In this document: positions 20,011-34,944 of the stretch, one piece after another
Layout of the letters: each line of letters begins with the position of its first letter
How positions within the stretch are numbered: the first letter of the stretch is position 1
Assembly: GCF_009914755.1 (NCBI RefSeq)
Contig: NC_060928.1
Source of the DNA: the human T2T-CHM13v2.0 reference genome, Homo sapiens
Length of the DNA: 64,000 bases
Direction: 5' to 3' (one strand)
Translations under genes and position numbers: made by a program
The notes under the pieces: generated by a model
Database searches by the model: none
The model's input: only the letters and a program-made list of their open reading frames with translations
What the model was told of the DNA's origin: nothing

Positions 20011-22533
20011 AATTGGGTGGCCTATAGGAAGGTCCCTAGTAAGTGTTTGATAGTATCATTCATCTTCAGAATCACCCTCTATGACAGGCATTTATAATTC
20101 CCATTTCTCAAATAAGGAAACGAAGTCCCACCCAACTAGTAAGTGACAAAGAACTAAATTAGATGCAGATCTCCCTGGTCAAGCCAAGGTCTCTCTCCTA
20201 CGCAATCCTCCTTGACAAAGAAAAGATGGAAAGGGCAATAATTTGTCAGTTACAACACAGTCATGTTTTAGGTAAATCTGAGTTACATGTATTTGAAATT
20301 GTGTAATACAGAACATTTATAAGGTCTCATTTTGTGCTCAAAATGAGAAATGGTGCAAATCCCCCAAATTAAAATAAAATCAAGAATTGCTCATGTCAAA
20401 GCTGCTCAGACAAGTGAATTGTAAACGTGCCACTTCAGTTCTAAAACAGAAATCCTCTCTTCCTTTTGCAGATATCTCATAGACTACGCTGTTGTTCGCA
20501 TAGCTCAGAACTCCAAGTGATTTTGTTGACAATTGAAATGTTGTTATAATTGAAAATACTTTGTTAACATCCTATGGCCATGTCATGTGAGCATTCATAA
20601 TGTGATGGCACAGAAAAGCACCAGAAGCAGTGCATTTATTCTGCACTTTAGATGTCATAAAAAGGCTTTGCAGAAGACCGGACAGCCATTGTGATATGAT
20701 ATGCTTATAATTCAGCAGATTGATTTCTGCAAAATATCAGAGATCATGCCGAAGAAATGAAAAGCACCATTAAAAAGCAATTATGTACCCAACTGGTGTA
20801 GATTTATGTGCATTGGAAATCTACTCTTTCATACTTTAAATGTATTAATGTGGGAAAAATTGCTTTGAGTTACGTAAGTTTTGAATAATGCAGTCTTCAG
20901 GAATGTATTCATTGTATAAAATAAACTCATCCTAAAGATATTAGCATTTACTTCTAGGAACTAAAATACCCAATGCATTTGGTAACTAAATTGCTCATGA
21001 TAATTTATAAATTGAAAGTTTGATTTATACATCAGTCTCTAAGGAGCTTATCATGCGTAACCTCTGGGGACACTGAGGAAAATGAATTTTTCCAGTTTGT
21101 AAGCCTAGGGCCTGCCTTTGCACTGTGTCAGCTTAGCATGTACTAGCATGTAGCATATCTGGGTGGACCTCAGTTTTCTCTTTCCATGTTGACCAAACTT
21201 GGACAAGAGCCAAGGCTTTCTGAGAGGCAAGCAGAAGATGTACAGTGGTATGCACTACACGGTTAGTAAGAGGAGCTACCACTTATTGGGTGGTTTTTTT
21301 TTTTCTATATCAGACATGATTCTAAGTACTTTATGTACATTATTTTATTGACCTAAAAATCTATGTGCATGAACAAATGAATAATCAAAAGCGCAGGAAT
21401 GTTGACTAACTTGTCCAGATTATTAATTAAGATGTGGCAGAGATGATTGTTCCAATATCTCCAATTTATTTTAAGTATTTCCATATATACTGTGTGATAT
21501 CATATGTGTTGCTTTCATTAGGCCACAACCCAGGTGGTCAATTCTCTTTTTATTTTTTGTATTTAGAGACAGGGTCTCACTATGTTGTCCAGACTGTCCT
21601 AGAGCTCCTGGACTCAAGTGATCCTCCTGCCTCATCCTCCCAAGTAGCGGGATTACAGGCAAACGCCACTGTGCCAGGCCCAGGTTGTCAATTCTAAGCA
21701 AGAATTCTAACCCAGGTGGTCATGGGGCAATCGATCCAGGAAGTCTGTGCCCAAGCAGCAGCTGCTATACATGCTTCAGTTATTTGTATCTTGACCAACA
21801 GCTACTGTGTTGCCAATCAGCATAGGGAATGTCAGGCACAGGTTTTTATTTCTGATCCTAATGACTTGTCAAATAGCATGATGGATTTTAGAAATAGGCT
21901 CTAATTTGGGAGTTAAAGATGTTTAAAATATGTGGCTTGGCTAAAGTATTTTACAGATACTCGCACAATTCCACAAATAGAATATAATGACCTTTGACTC
22001 CTGTAGTCTTCACTGTTGAGCTATAGCTCTGGGCTAAAGCCCTAACTGGTTCCATGTAAAGCCATGACTCAGAGGATCACAGCTCACTCTCCATCCAATG
22101 CCAGCTGTCAAGGTAACAGAATCCTGTCTCTAAAGGTTCAGCATGTCTGCTTTGGATGACCTTGTCATGCAATGTGGTAGATGAAGCACCTAAAGTGACA
22201 GAGAGTTGGGGCTTCTTTTAGCCTTAAAGAACCAGCTGCAGAAATGGCTCTGGACTTGCTTGCTAATAAATGTTTGCTAAATAAACAAGCAACTACATAA
22301 ATAAATGTAGCAGAATTATAACCTGGAAGCATAATTGTGAGGAAGGGTGTCGTTTCAAATCTATTCTGAGATTATAGAAGAAACCAAGAGCTGTGTCTGA
22401 CCAAAGTGACTCAGGTGAGTTTTCAACATGGATATTGAACCCAGAACTGTTTGTCTGTCTCCAGAAGCAGACCTTGCTCTTTAGAGAAACACCTATGCTG
22501 GAAAAAAAAAAAGCATCATGGTTTCAACTATAG

Positions 22534-22668
<135 letters not shown>

Positions 22669-23599
22669 TGATGTAAGCCTTCTCTGTTTTGTTCATGATC
22701 ATCCTCATGAAGGCTTTACTTTTCACTTTGCTGAATTGTACAGTGTCATCTAGTTCATTTGGCTTTTTAAAAGAAATCTTTGTTATGTCCTTCCTTCTAT
22801 TATACTTTCTTTAAGTAAAATTTTCTGTTTGTCTTCTAATTCCTTCAGGCTTATTGATTTTTAGCTTTCCTTTTTTCTATTCTAAATACTTGACACAAAT
22901 AGAACACTTATGGGAATATACAATCCTATAACAACAACCAAATTTTGCATCCCAAGAAAAATGTAAAGTTAAGACTGTGTCCAGCTAGATTTATTTATTT
23001 ATCTTAGAAACAGGTTCTTGCTATGCTGTCCAGGCTGGAGTGCAGTAGATATTCACAGCAGTGATCAAGCACATGGCAGCCTTGAATTCCTGGGCTCAAG
23101 CAACCCTCCTGCCTCAGCCTTCTAAGTAGCTGGACTACAGGCGTGCGCTCTGTCACCTGGATCTAATTAGAATTAAATTAATGCAGCTCAGTTTATATTT
23201 CATCATTACATTATTTGAATTCCATCACTAAAAAGACCCATTAAATTTGGTAAATTAAAAACATCAGGCTGGGCACAGTGGCTCACACCTGTAATCCCAG
23301 CAATTTGGGAGGCTGAGGTGGGCAGATCACTTGAGGTCAGGAGTTCAAGACCAGACTGGACAACACAGTGAAACCCTATCTCCACTAAAAATACAAAAAT
23401 TATCCAGGCATGGTGGTGCATGCCTGTAATCCCAGCTACTGAGGAGGCTGAAGCACAAGAATTGCTTGAACCCGTAGGTGGAGGCTGCAGTGAGCCAAGA
23501 TGGCACCACTGCACTCCAGCCTGGGTAACAGAGCAAGACTCCGAATGAAAAATAAAATAGTAATACTAAATCAAAATAAATAAAAGAATAAAAACATCA

Positions 23600-24644
23600 T
23601 TTACAGTTTTGCCCCCAGCTTCACCAGTCCCACCAAAATAACGGAGAGTGGCTTAAAAAAAAAGATATTAACTAACAAGGACAAAGAGAAAAAGAAAGTA
23701 GAAAGGAAAAAGAAATATTTTGGAAGCTGGAGAGCATACGGAACAAGTGATTACCAGCTTAGCTGACCAAAGGAAGCTAGAACCAATTGGGAGCAGCCTG
23801 AAGCGGGATGATTTGAGACACAGAACCTCAGAAAGTTGTGGCTCAGGAGTTGGTGGCCCAGGGTGCAATTGAGGCTGAGAACAGAAGACTGGTTACAAGC
23901 CTGTACAAACAGAGACGCATAGATGCCTCCAGATCTGCCAACCGCTATCTCCCGTCTCAGAAGTCCAGAGTTGACCCTCCAAAGAGGGTTAGCCAGAGAG
24001 ACTCCAGCCTCAGTGACATCACGTCAGGGCACCATATAGAAAACTGGGGATCAGCTGGAGTTCTACACCCTGTGGGGCTCATCCCTTTCCCTCCACTCCA
24101 GTCTCAGAATGATGGCAGTCAGGTTTATAATTCTCAAATCAAAAAGGATTTGAGGAAACTGTCTAGATTAAGAGAAAAGACCAAAAGAAACTACAAAATG
24201 GGACTTTCCCAATGAAACAGCCCAGCAAGATCACTGTACAGAAAAGTTCATCCATTGGCGAGCTCCCTCCAGCTCTCAACACCACCATGTATGTGCATGC
24301 ACACACATACACACATATGCACACACATATACACATGCATGTACACACACACTACACAACTTACAATCAGCTTTTTAGTGCTTCACTTTTAAATATGAGA
24401 AAAGAGTCAAGGATGACCAAACATCTGAGCAATTTTCTAATAGAAAAACTGAGATAAAAACAAATAAGATTTTTATAAGAGCTCAGTAGAAGCAGAAATA
24501 ATTTTTAAAAAGCAGAAGAAAATTTCAAAAAGCTATAATTGATGTGTCCAGAGGAAAAAAATGAAGGAAATTAGAAAGTTACATGAAGTAGAAATGTCAG
24601 AAGATAAAGTTTGGGAAAGTAAAAAAAAAATTCAGAGATGGAAA

Positions 24645-24687
<43 letters not shown>

Positions 24688-25800
24688 CCCATAAGAAATA
24701 ACACCAATTTTACACAAACTCTTTCAGAGTTTGAGAAAGTAAAAAAATATTTCGGAGATGGAAAATATAGGAAAAAATTAAAGACCTGATGAAGAACTAT
24801 AATATTCAAATAAAATGGGAGTTCCAGAAAGAGAGAACAGAGAAAATAGAAGGGTTGCAACTATTCAAAAAATAATTCAAGAAAATTCTTCAGGCCGGGC
24901 ATGGTGGCTCATGCCTGTAATCCCACACTTTGGGAGGCCAAGGCGGGTAGATCACCTGAAGCCAGGAGTTTGAGACCAGCCTTGCCAACATGGTGAAACC
25001 CCGCCTCTACTAAAAATGCAAAAATCAGCTGGGCATGATGTGGCATGCCTATAATTCTAGCTACTCAGAAGGCTGAGACAGGAGAATCACTTGAACTCAA
25101 GAGGCGGAGGTTGCAGTGAGCTAAGATCGCACCACTGCACTCCAGCCTGGGTGACAGAGCAAGGCTCTGTGTCCAAAAAAAAAAAAGGAAATTCTTCAGA
25201 GCTGAAGGACATGAGTTTTCATATTGAGAGGCATCACAGGGTCTCCTACATAAGGGGTTTAGAAAGTCCCATACCAAGACACATCGTTATAAAACGCTGG
25301 AATTCCAAGGACAAAAAGAAGATTCTAAATACATTCAGAAAGGAAATAGTATGCCTCATTAAACAGGTAAAATATCAGACTTCCCAATAGCTGCACTGGA
25401 AGCTAGGAGAGCAACACCTTTAAATTTCTAAGGAAAAAATATCTTCAATTTAGAATTCTAAACCTAGTCCAATATCAATCATGTATGAGGTTGAAAGAAT
25501 TGTATAGATATTCATGATCTGGAAGCTGCAGGAGGATGTGTTCACCCAAAATGAAAGTGTAAAATGAGAAACAGGATGTCATGGGACCAAAAAAAAAAAA
25601 AGGATCCAATACAGAGGAGAACTGAAAGGAATTTTGAGGTTAAGAAAAGGAAATCCCAGGGTGACAGCTGGGTGGCAGATTTTGAGAGCAGCCAGTCCAG
25701 ACTGCAGCAAGGGGAGAGAGAGCTCCAGGAAGGATATCTTCCAAAAAAGGGTTTACGCTGGCAGAACATATGGAGAGGAGATTTCCATTTCTGAAGCAGG
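23600..25800 (+). mobile_element. Decayed L1M 5'/ORF1 region interrupted by Alu and (CA)n
   Basis: A-rich strand bias; ORF1-like remnant PRHIVIK in ORF 25091-25390. Confidence 0.5.
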
Positions 25801-25824
25801 GTTTGGGATGATTTCATTAGAGGT

Positions 25825-26502
25825 AAGGAGTCTCCTCCTATCCGTGGGGATATGTTCCAAGACCCCCAGTGGATGCCTGAAGCCACAGATAGTCTGAACC
25901 CTACATATACTACGTTTCTTCCTATATGTACAGACCTGTGATAAAATTTAATTAGGCACAGTACTCTTGGGGCCATTATTAAGTAAAATAAGCGTTACTT
26001 GAACACAAGCACTGCAATAACTGCAACAGTTGATCTGATAACCAAGATGGCTACTAAGCAACCAATGGGCAGGGAGCACAGACCTTGTGGATAATTCTTT
26101 TTTTTTTTTTTTTTTTTTTTGAGACAGAGTCTTGCTCTGTCGCCCAGGTTGGAGTGCAGTGGCGTGATCTTGACTCACTGCAACCTCTGCCTCCTAGGTT
26201 CGAGCTATTCTCCTGTCTCAGCCTCCTGGGACTATAGGGATGCGCCACCACGCCTGGCTAATTTTTGTATTTTTAGTTGAAACGGGGTTTCACCAAGTTG
26301 ATCAGGCTGGTCTCGAACTCCTGACCTCAAGGGATCCACCCGCCTCAGCCTCCCAAAGTGTTGGGATCTCAAGGGTGCGTGAGCCACCACGCCCGGCCTA
26401 AACTTTTTATTTCTTAAATTTTCCACTTAATATTTTTGGGGTTGAATATGTAGTAACTGAAGCCACAGAAAGTGAAACCATGGATAAGGGGGATTGTCGT
26501 AC
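25825..26502 (-). mobile_element. MER44-like Tigger MITE split by an Alu (26097-26398)
   Basis: Terminal inverted repeats cctatccgtggg / ccatggataagggg; gttccaagacccccagtggatgcctgaa. Confidence 0.7.
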
Positions 26503-26854
26503 ATAGAAAACTAAGCAAAAAAGAAAAAAATGAGATGATAACCTCCAGTGAAAACAAATAATTGAAAAAGAAAGAAAATATAATAATGTTTTATGTGGCT
26601 CAGCTATAGATATTTTTAAAATCATAGTTATGTAAACACTAAATATTAATCTTAATTTATGATAGAGATATATTGTCAGATGACAGGAGGAGGTGTTCAG
26701 GGAAAGATGTGTAAATGGTGTAACAAAACTGAATCATAATTATTTTATAATAAAAAGACAAGAGATAATAACAAAAACTGAAAAGTCAATATAACAACAG
26801 TAGTGCCAGGCACTGTTAAAAGTGCTTATTTTTAATGCATTAATTCCTTTTGTT

Positions 26855-26889
<35 letters not shown>

Positions 26890-27526
26890 TTTGAGGCACA
26901 GTCTCGCTCTGTCACCCAGGCTGGAGTGAAGTGGTCCAATCTCAGCTCGCTGCAACTTCTGCCTCCCAGGTTCAAGCAATTCTCTGCCTCAGCCTCCTGA
27001 GTAGCTGAGATTACAGGTATGTACCACCATGCCCAGTTAATTTTTGTATTTTTAGTAGAGACAGGGATTCACCATGTTGTCCAGGCTGGTCTCAAACTCC
27101 TGACCTCAGGTGATCCACCCACCTCGGCCTCCCAAAGTGCTGGGATTACAGGCATGAGCCACCGCACCCAGACTGAATTAATTCCTTTTAATGCTCACAC
27201 TAACCTTATGAAGTTTAAAAACCCATTTAATGGATGAGAATATGAAAAATAGTGATATAAGCATATAATTTAGAAATATGGGGGCAAACTCCAGAAGCAA
27301 CAGCTATAAGAAACAAAAGTAATTGCCTCCATGGAGAGGAAATTGGATGGAAAAGGGCATGTAGAGGTCTGCTGGTTTTCAATAGAAACCTTGGTTAGGC
27401 GCAGAGGCTTTCATCTGCAATCCCAGCACTTTGGGAGGCTGAAGTGAATGGAATGCTTGAGCCTAAGAGTTCAAGAGCAGCCTGGGCAATATAATGACCT
27501 CATCTCTACAAAAAATACAAAAATTA

Positions 27527-27649
<123 letters not shown>

Positions 27650-28100
27650 TTACGCAGTGAGACTGTCTAAAAAAAAAAAAGACGAAACCTTATGAAACCA
27701 TTTTTTTGTTTTGTTTTGTTTTGAGACAAAGTCTCACTCTGCTGCCCAGGCCAGAGTGCAGTGGCATGATCTCGGCTCACTGCAACCCTGCCTATCAGGT
27801 TCAAGCCGTTCTCTTGCCTCAGCTTCCCAAGTAGCTGGGACTACAGGCGCACGCCACCACATCTGGCTAATTTTTGTACTTTTAGTAGAGACAGGGTTTC
27901 ACTATGTTGTCCAGGCTAGTCTCAAACTCCTGACTCAGATGATCCACCTGCCTCGGCCTCCCAAAGTGCTGGGATTACAGGCTGAGCCACTATGCTTGGC
28001 CTGAAACCATTTGACTTGTTAAACTTTGTACATATAAAACTTTGATAAAACTAAAGAATCAATTAAAAGACATCAATTCAATAATTTATTAATCAATCAG

Positions 28101-30421
28101 TGATAATGGTTTGGCTCTTTGGCCCCACCCAAATCTCATGTTGAATTGTAATCCCTAGTGTTGGAGGTGGGGCCTGGTAGGAGGTGACTGGATTATGGGG
28201 GAATTGGTCTCTAATGGCTTAGCACCATCTCCCTAGTGGTTTCTCACGATGGAGTTCTCTCAAGATCTGGTTGTCTAAAAGTGTGTGGCACCTTCCCCTT
28301 CTCTCTCTCTCTTTCTCTCTCCTGCCACCATGTGAAGATGTGCTTGCTTCACCTTAGCCCTTCTGCCATGATTGTAAGCTTCCTAAGCCTCCCCAGCAAT
28401 GCCTCCTCTACAGCCTGTGGAACTATGAGTCAATTAAACCTCTTCTTTTCATAAATTACCCAGTCTCAGGTAGTTCTTTATAGCAGTGTGAGAACAGACT
28501 AATACAGAAAATTGGTTTCAGATAAATGGGGCATTCCCATAAAGATAACTGAAAATGTAGAAGTGACTTTGGAACTGGGTAATGGGCAGAGACTGGAAGA
28601 GTTTCGAGGGCTTTGGAAAAAGTCAGGAAGATGAGGGAAAGTTTGAAACTTCCTAGAGACTTGTTGAATGGTTTTGACCAAAATGCTGATAGTGATATGG
28701 ACAGAGATGGCCAGGTTCATGAGGTCTCACTTAGAGATGAGGAACTTACTGAGAACTGCAGTAAATGTCATTCTGCTATGCTTTAGCAAAAAGACTGGTG
28801 GCATTGTGCCCCTGCTCTAGGGAATCTGTTGAATTTTGAACTTGAGAAAGAGGATTTAGGGTATCTGGCAGAAGAAATTCCTAAGCAGCAGCAGAGCATA
28901 AAACTTTGGAAAATTTGCAGCCTGGCCATATAGTAAAAAAGAAAAACCCATTTTCTGAGGAGGAATTCAAACCTGCTGCAGTAAAGATAAGCCAAATGTT
29001 AATAGCCAAGACAATATAAAAATGCCTCCAAGGTATTTTAGAGACAGAGGGCTGGAGGACTAAGAGGGAAAAATGGTTTCGTGGGCCAGGCCTAGGGCCC
29101 CCCACTCTGTTCTGTGCAGCCCCAGGACATGGCACCCTGCATCACAGCTGCTCCAGCTCCACCCTTGGCATAAAGGGCCTCAGATATGCTTCAGGCCTCT
29201 GCTTCAGAGGGTGAAAGCCATAAGAAGCTTTGGCACCTTCCACATGATGTTAAGCCTGTGGGTGTGCAGAGTGCAACAGTTGAGGCTTGGGAACCTCCAC
29301 CTAGATTTCAGAGGATGTATGAAAATGCCTGGATTTCCAGGCAGAAGTCTTCTGCAGGGGTGGAGCCCTCATGGGGAATCTCCACTAGGGCAATGTGGAG
29401 GGAAAATGTGGAATTGGAGCCCCCACACAGAGTCTCCACTGGAGCACTGCCTTGTGGAGCTGTGAGAAGAGGGCCACCATCCTTCAGACTCCAGAATGGT
29501 AAATCCACCAACAGCTTGCACTGTGTGCCCAGAAAAACTTCAGGCACTCAATGCCAACCCATGAAAGCAGCCACAGGGGCAGTACCCTTCAGAGCCACAG
29601 AGGCAGAGCTGCCCAAGGCCTTGAGAGCCTACCTCTTGCATCAGCATGCCCTGGATGCGAGACATGGAATCAAAGGTAACTATTTTGGGGCTTTAAGATT
29701 TAATGACTGTCTGCTAGGTTTCAGACTTGCATGGGGCCCGTAGCCCCTTTGTTTTGCCCAATTTCTCCCTTTTGGAAAGGGAGCATTTACTAAATGTTTG
29801 TACCCTCATTGTACCTTGGAAGTAACTGACTTGTTTTTTATTTTACAGGCTGATAGGCAGAAGTGACGTGCCTTGTGTCAGATGAGACTTTGGACTTGGA
29901 CTTTTGAGTTAATGCTGGAATGAGTTAAGACTTTGGGGGACCATTGGGAAGGCATGATTGTGTTTTAAAATGTGAGAAGGACATGAGATTTGGGAAGGGG
30001 CAGTGGTAGAACGATTTGGTTTGGCTTTGTGTCCCCACCCAAATCTCACGTTGAGTTGTAATCCCTAGTGTTGGAGGTGGGGCGTGGTGGGAAGTGATTG
30101 GATCATGGGGTGGTTTCTAGTGGTTTAGCATCATTCCCCTAGTGCTGTCTTATGATAGAATTCTCACAAGATCTGGTTGCTTAAAAGTGTATGACACTTT
30201 CCCCTTCTCTCTCTCTTTCTCTCTTTCTCTCTCTCCTGCCACCATGTGAAGACATGCTTGCTTCCCCTTTGTCCTTCTGCCATGATTGTGAGTTTCCTGA
30301 GGCCTCCCCAACCATGCATCCTGCACAGCTTGTGGAACTGTGAGTCAATTAAACCTCTTTTCTTCATAAATTACCCAGTCTCAGTTAGTTCCTTATAGCA
30401 GTGTGAGAACGAACTAATACA
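28101..30421 (+). mobile_element. MST-type MaLR element, LTR-internal-LTR (LTRs about 28101-28505 and 30010-30421)
   Basis: Two similar LTRs ending actaataca around a MaLR internal region; flanks atcag/atcaa suggest a 5-bp TSD. Confidence 0.88.
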
Positions 30422-31384
30422 ATCAATAAATACATATTCACAACAAACCATTTTTAATTAACAAAAAACTATGCTTCTTGTAATCATTTCTATGTGAAAA
30501 ACTCACAGAAAGCAGGCCTTGAACATTCCTCTAGTCAGCCTAGGCTTCTGGTGATGACTTTCCCTGGCCTGCAGGTTCCCAGTTCAACCAAACTGCCATC
30601 AATTTCCGCCCATGGAGGCTGGAGGAGTTCTGTGGCACAACTTGAGCACCACTCTTCCTCCAAGATGTTTAGCAAGTGTGTGCACATAAATCAGATTAAA
30701 GACTCAGCCTAAATCAAAAACATGAAGAATCATCCTTACAAATGCTTTAAAAACCATGAAAGCCCTGAACAATCACCTTTCATTCAAACACCCGCTGAGA
30801 ACTATGTGGTCATTTGCTATATTTTCTGAGAAGAAATCAAATAAACAAATAGATATAATAATATTATAACATCTAGTTTTAATTAAAACACAAAATTAAA
30901 CATAACATTTACTTTGGTCAGTTTTAAGAATGATAATTCCACTGATACTTTTTGGAAAACACTTGCTTATTAATGCTGGAGAGAGAAAAACCAAGAATAA
31001 TGAATGCTTAGCTCATTATTCAAACTACCCTGGAGTCCTTGTTTTCATCTCGTCCTAAACCATTCACATTTCAGGCTGACAGTTTTTCCACTGTCACTCA
31101 AGGCGAAAACAGACGACTCCTTAAATTATGTTAGAAATAAATTAGCTCCCAGATAACACACACTCCATGTAAGAAAGAAAAGAAAGAAAGAATAAGTCCC
31201 GAGGTAAATTAACTCCTGGTGTACATAATGAAACTTTACCCTCAAGCTCCAATGCAGTGATACAAATACCAAAAATTCTGCCAATGACTGCACAATCTGT
31301 TTATTTGTGAGAAGGTGGAGGAGAGAAAAAGAAGAGCACCAGGTCCTTAGACAAATAAGACCATATTGAAATGACCCCTCTTAA

Positions 31385-31862
31385 AAATGGACTTTATTTT
31401 TTAAAGCAGTTTTAGGTTCACAGCAAAATTGAGTAGAAAAAAAATTGATGAGAAAGTACAGAGAGTTTCCATATTTCCCCTGTCCCCACCCGCCACACGC
31501 ACAGCCTGTCCCACTGTCAACATCCCCCACCAGAGTGGGACATGTGTTGCAGTTGATGAATCTACATTGACACATCATCGTCACCCAAATATTACAGGTT
31601 TTAACAAGTGTATGACAACATATATTCACTATTACAGTGTCGTATAGAATAGTTTCACTGCCCTAAAAATCCCCTGTGTGCCAACTCTTCCTGTCCTCCC
31701 TAGCTAGCACCTGGCAACCACTGACATTTTCGCTGCCTCCATAGTTTTGCTTTTTTCAGAATGTCATATAGTTGGAATCACACAGTGTGCAGCCTTTTCA
31801 GATTGGCTTCTTTCACTCAGTAATATGCATTTAAGTTTCCTCCATGTCTTTTCACGGCTTAA
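31385..31862 (-). mobile_element. Old L1M 3' fragment
   Basis: ttttaggttcacagcaaaattgag...gattggcttctttcactcagtaatatgcatttaag. Confidence 0.65.
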
Positions 31863-32794
31863 TAGGACGCTGACTTTTAAAAGAATCATTTCTACTGTAG
31901 TATTGGATATTTATAAATATAAATATTTATGCCTTAAAACTTTAGAAAAACACAGTACCCTTCCACTGATATGCTAGGATACCTCTTATCTTTTCTACTC
32001 CCGAGGTGGGTTCAGGAATTTGAGAGAGCCCATGGCCAATCGTTCATTAATGCATTCAGTGTCTGTCATCCACCATTGTTGCAGTTATTATGGATTCAAA
32101 TAACCCCAATGCTTAGTGGTGTACTCCATTTATTATGCTCAGAGACTCAACTGTGTGGGTTAAGACTTGGCCATGGCACACCAAGGATACCCCGTCTCTG
32201 CTCTGCAATGTCTGAGGATTCAGCTGGAAGACTTGAGAACTGGAGGATGGGATCAACTGAAGGCTCATTAATTCACTCATCTATCCTGGTGGGTGAAGCT
32301 GGCTGTTGGCTGGGGGCATCTTTCACCCTCCACATGAGCTAGTTGAGGCTTCCTCATAACCCAGTGGCTGGTTTCAAGGGTGAACATCCCTAGGGAGAGA
32401 GCTGCAGGCAGAAGCCTAATTGCTTTTTATAACATAGCCTTGGAAGTCAAGCAATCTGTAGCATTCCAATTATCAAGACAGTCACGGAGTCAGCCCTTCC
32501 CCAATCCTGAGTCTCTGGAGAAGACGAATAGATTCTGCCTCATGATGGGAAATGGAAAGTTTGTGGAAAAACATGTGAAACTGGAAATACTGCTGTTTCT
32601 ATTTTTGGAAAACAGTCACCTCTGTAGGGCAAGGACTTTGCCAGGTCTGGGGATTCATAGTGAAAAGCCATGGTTTCTGATCTCAAGACAAGAGAGAGGA
32701 TCCATAGAGTAGGTTAACAAGCAACAACTCTAATGATTTTAACTTCTAGACTAGTGAATAACTGAAGCATTTTAGAAAACAGGAAAAGCCTCAT

Positions 32795-33494
32795 TGATAT
32801 GGATAGGAGACAGGGAAATACTGGGTAGAAGAGGGTGGTTCCCTGGCAAAGGCCCCACCCTGAAGTCCAGAGACCCTCGGCCCTAAATGGAAACAGGCAT
32901 TTCTGTTTTTGAGTGCAAAATTTGCCTTTTGGCCCGCCATGCCCCCCTATCCTGTACCCATATAAACCCCAAACCCCCAGGTTCCAGAAGCAGATGGGCA
33001 GACAAGGAGACAAGCAGAGGAATGTCAAAATGCTGCGGCAGAAAGAGAGAAGAGGAGGAATGTCTCAACACTAAGAGTTTAGCCCGGGGCGGTTCAGCTG
33101 CCGGAAGGCCAAACTCCAGGAGAAGACCATCTTCCTACTCCGTCCTCCCTTCAGGTTCTCCATCCATCCTGCTGAGAGCCACCTCCGCCATTCAGTAAGA
33201 CCCCCACATTTATCCTTCAAGTGCATGTGTGACCCAGTTCTTCCAGGATGCTGGACAAGAGCTTGGGATACATAAAGCTGTCACACTGGCCCTCTGCCCT
33301 TGCTCGTTAACACTCAAGCCATTCGCAGACGGCTAAAAGAGCACATTGTAACACGTGCCCACTTGGACTCCTGCACCTGCCCATCTGCATGCTTTCCATC
33401 CTGTAAGGGGTTTGAGCGGTGTCAGCAATCTAACAGACAAGCCACACCCTTGTTTCACGTCCTGTGAGAGGGGTCAGGGAACTCTTCTGTTTCA
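32795..33494 (+). mobile_element. ERV1 solo LTR, MER50-like
   Basis: TG...CA ends, start tgatatggataggagacagggaaatactgggtagaagaggg; 4-bp TSD tcat. Confidence 0.8.
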
Positions 33495-34944
33495 TCATTA
33501 CCCAACTTTGGAACTCAAGAAAGGACTCACAGGGAAATTCTTGCAGAATCTCGTGGAAAATCTCACATGTATTTGTGAAAATACAATGTGGATCTGTGAG
33601 ATCCCACTTCAACACAGGCCACGGGGCCACCTTCTGCACCCACATGGGTTGTTTTAAGTCTTCCTTAGTCTCCTTGAGAATAACATGATGCTATGATGTT
33701 GGCAGGAATCTTCCACACCTTCCAAAACATGACAATATGGGTCAAGCCCGTGCAGAGACTGTGGCTCCTGCTTTGGGAGTCACCTGGAATTGTTGAGAGA
33801 TTAGCAAATCCCAGAACCAGGTTTGTTAGAATTAACTGCTCAACCAGATTGTATTGAAAATGGTCTGAAGTCAAAGACGACAGACGCAAACGGGCTAAAT
33901 TGCTCAGTTAATTCTTCCATTTCTCTTCCTCCTAGTTGTTCTAGCTTCAGGGAGGACTCAGGAGAGTACTGTTTGAAAACCACTGATCTAGTTTACACTT
34001 TCATTTTACAGAGAGGAAACTGAGAGCCACAGAGATTCAAGTGACTCATCCAAGATGACCCAAACCCTGGGGTTTGTTATTGTTTTTCACACTATGCAAA
34101 GCACTAAAAAACATTCGTTTGAAACAGGTGAACAAAAGTCTAATTTGTAGTGAGGTCTAGGGGAATGACTGTCCAGTCAATTCCTCAATTCATGAAGGAG
34201 CATTTGGGACGCCACAGAGGAACATACACAGGTATCCCTCCTCCTACCCGACACCATTCAGGAAGAGCGGTTACCCCTCCAATGCACTGAAGCAGATTCA
34301 TTTCCCTCAGGACTGTGGGAGGCGACTGAGGCTGAGTGAATGATACAGCCTTTTAATTTGTTTTTAATTGTCGTGTCCTGGTAACCCTTCCAAAGACCCT
34401 TCACGGAGAGTAGTTTTATTTTTCCACTTATTAACCGCATTCACTAGACTGGAAAAAGAATTCCCTATCTCCCAAGAACTCTCCCTTTCATTCTTGTAAT
34501 TCCTTTTTTTTTTTTTTTTTTTTTTTTAGCACCAGGAAAGTAATGTGTGTAAAACTAGAGCCAAGTATATTGTGGTTTCAAATACAAGCCTGTTTGGAGC
34601 AGAAGCCCGTGGGATTGCTGCGTTTCAGCCTCAGGGGATGGCCCGCTGATGGCCTCGGCCTGTGAAAGGGAGGGGCTTGAATGGCCCTTTGATTCAGCCC
34701 AAATCTGGGGGTGGAGGGTGGGGAAGGGGCTGGCCTGTTATTTGACACTTTCTGTTGGGCTTGGCCCAGGCCTCACTCCTTATGCAGGCCTCCCTGGAGC
34801 CTGCAAGCCCTCTCTGAGGACGCACTGACTTAGCAAGCGCTGAAATGCATAACATTCCTTGCTGCTTAGGAAGTAGACCAGCGATCCCCAGGGCTCGCGA
34901 ATTCCCTGCGCTTTGAGAATGGTGCTCTTTATAACGTTCCCCAT

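Noticed and set aside
29073-29743. 185-aa and 130-aa ORFs
   Set aside because: Lie in the MST internal region; decayed MaLR sequence
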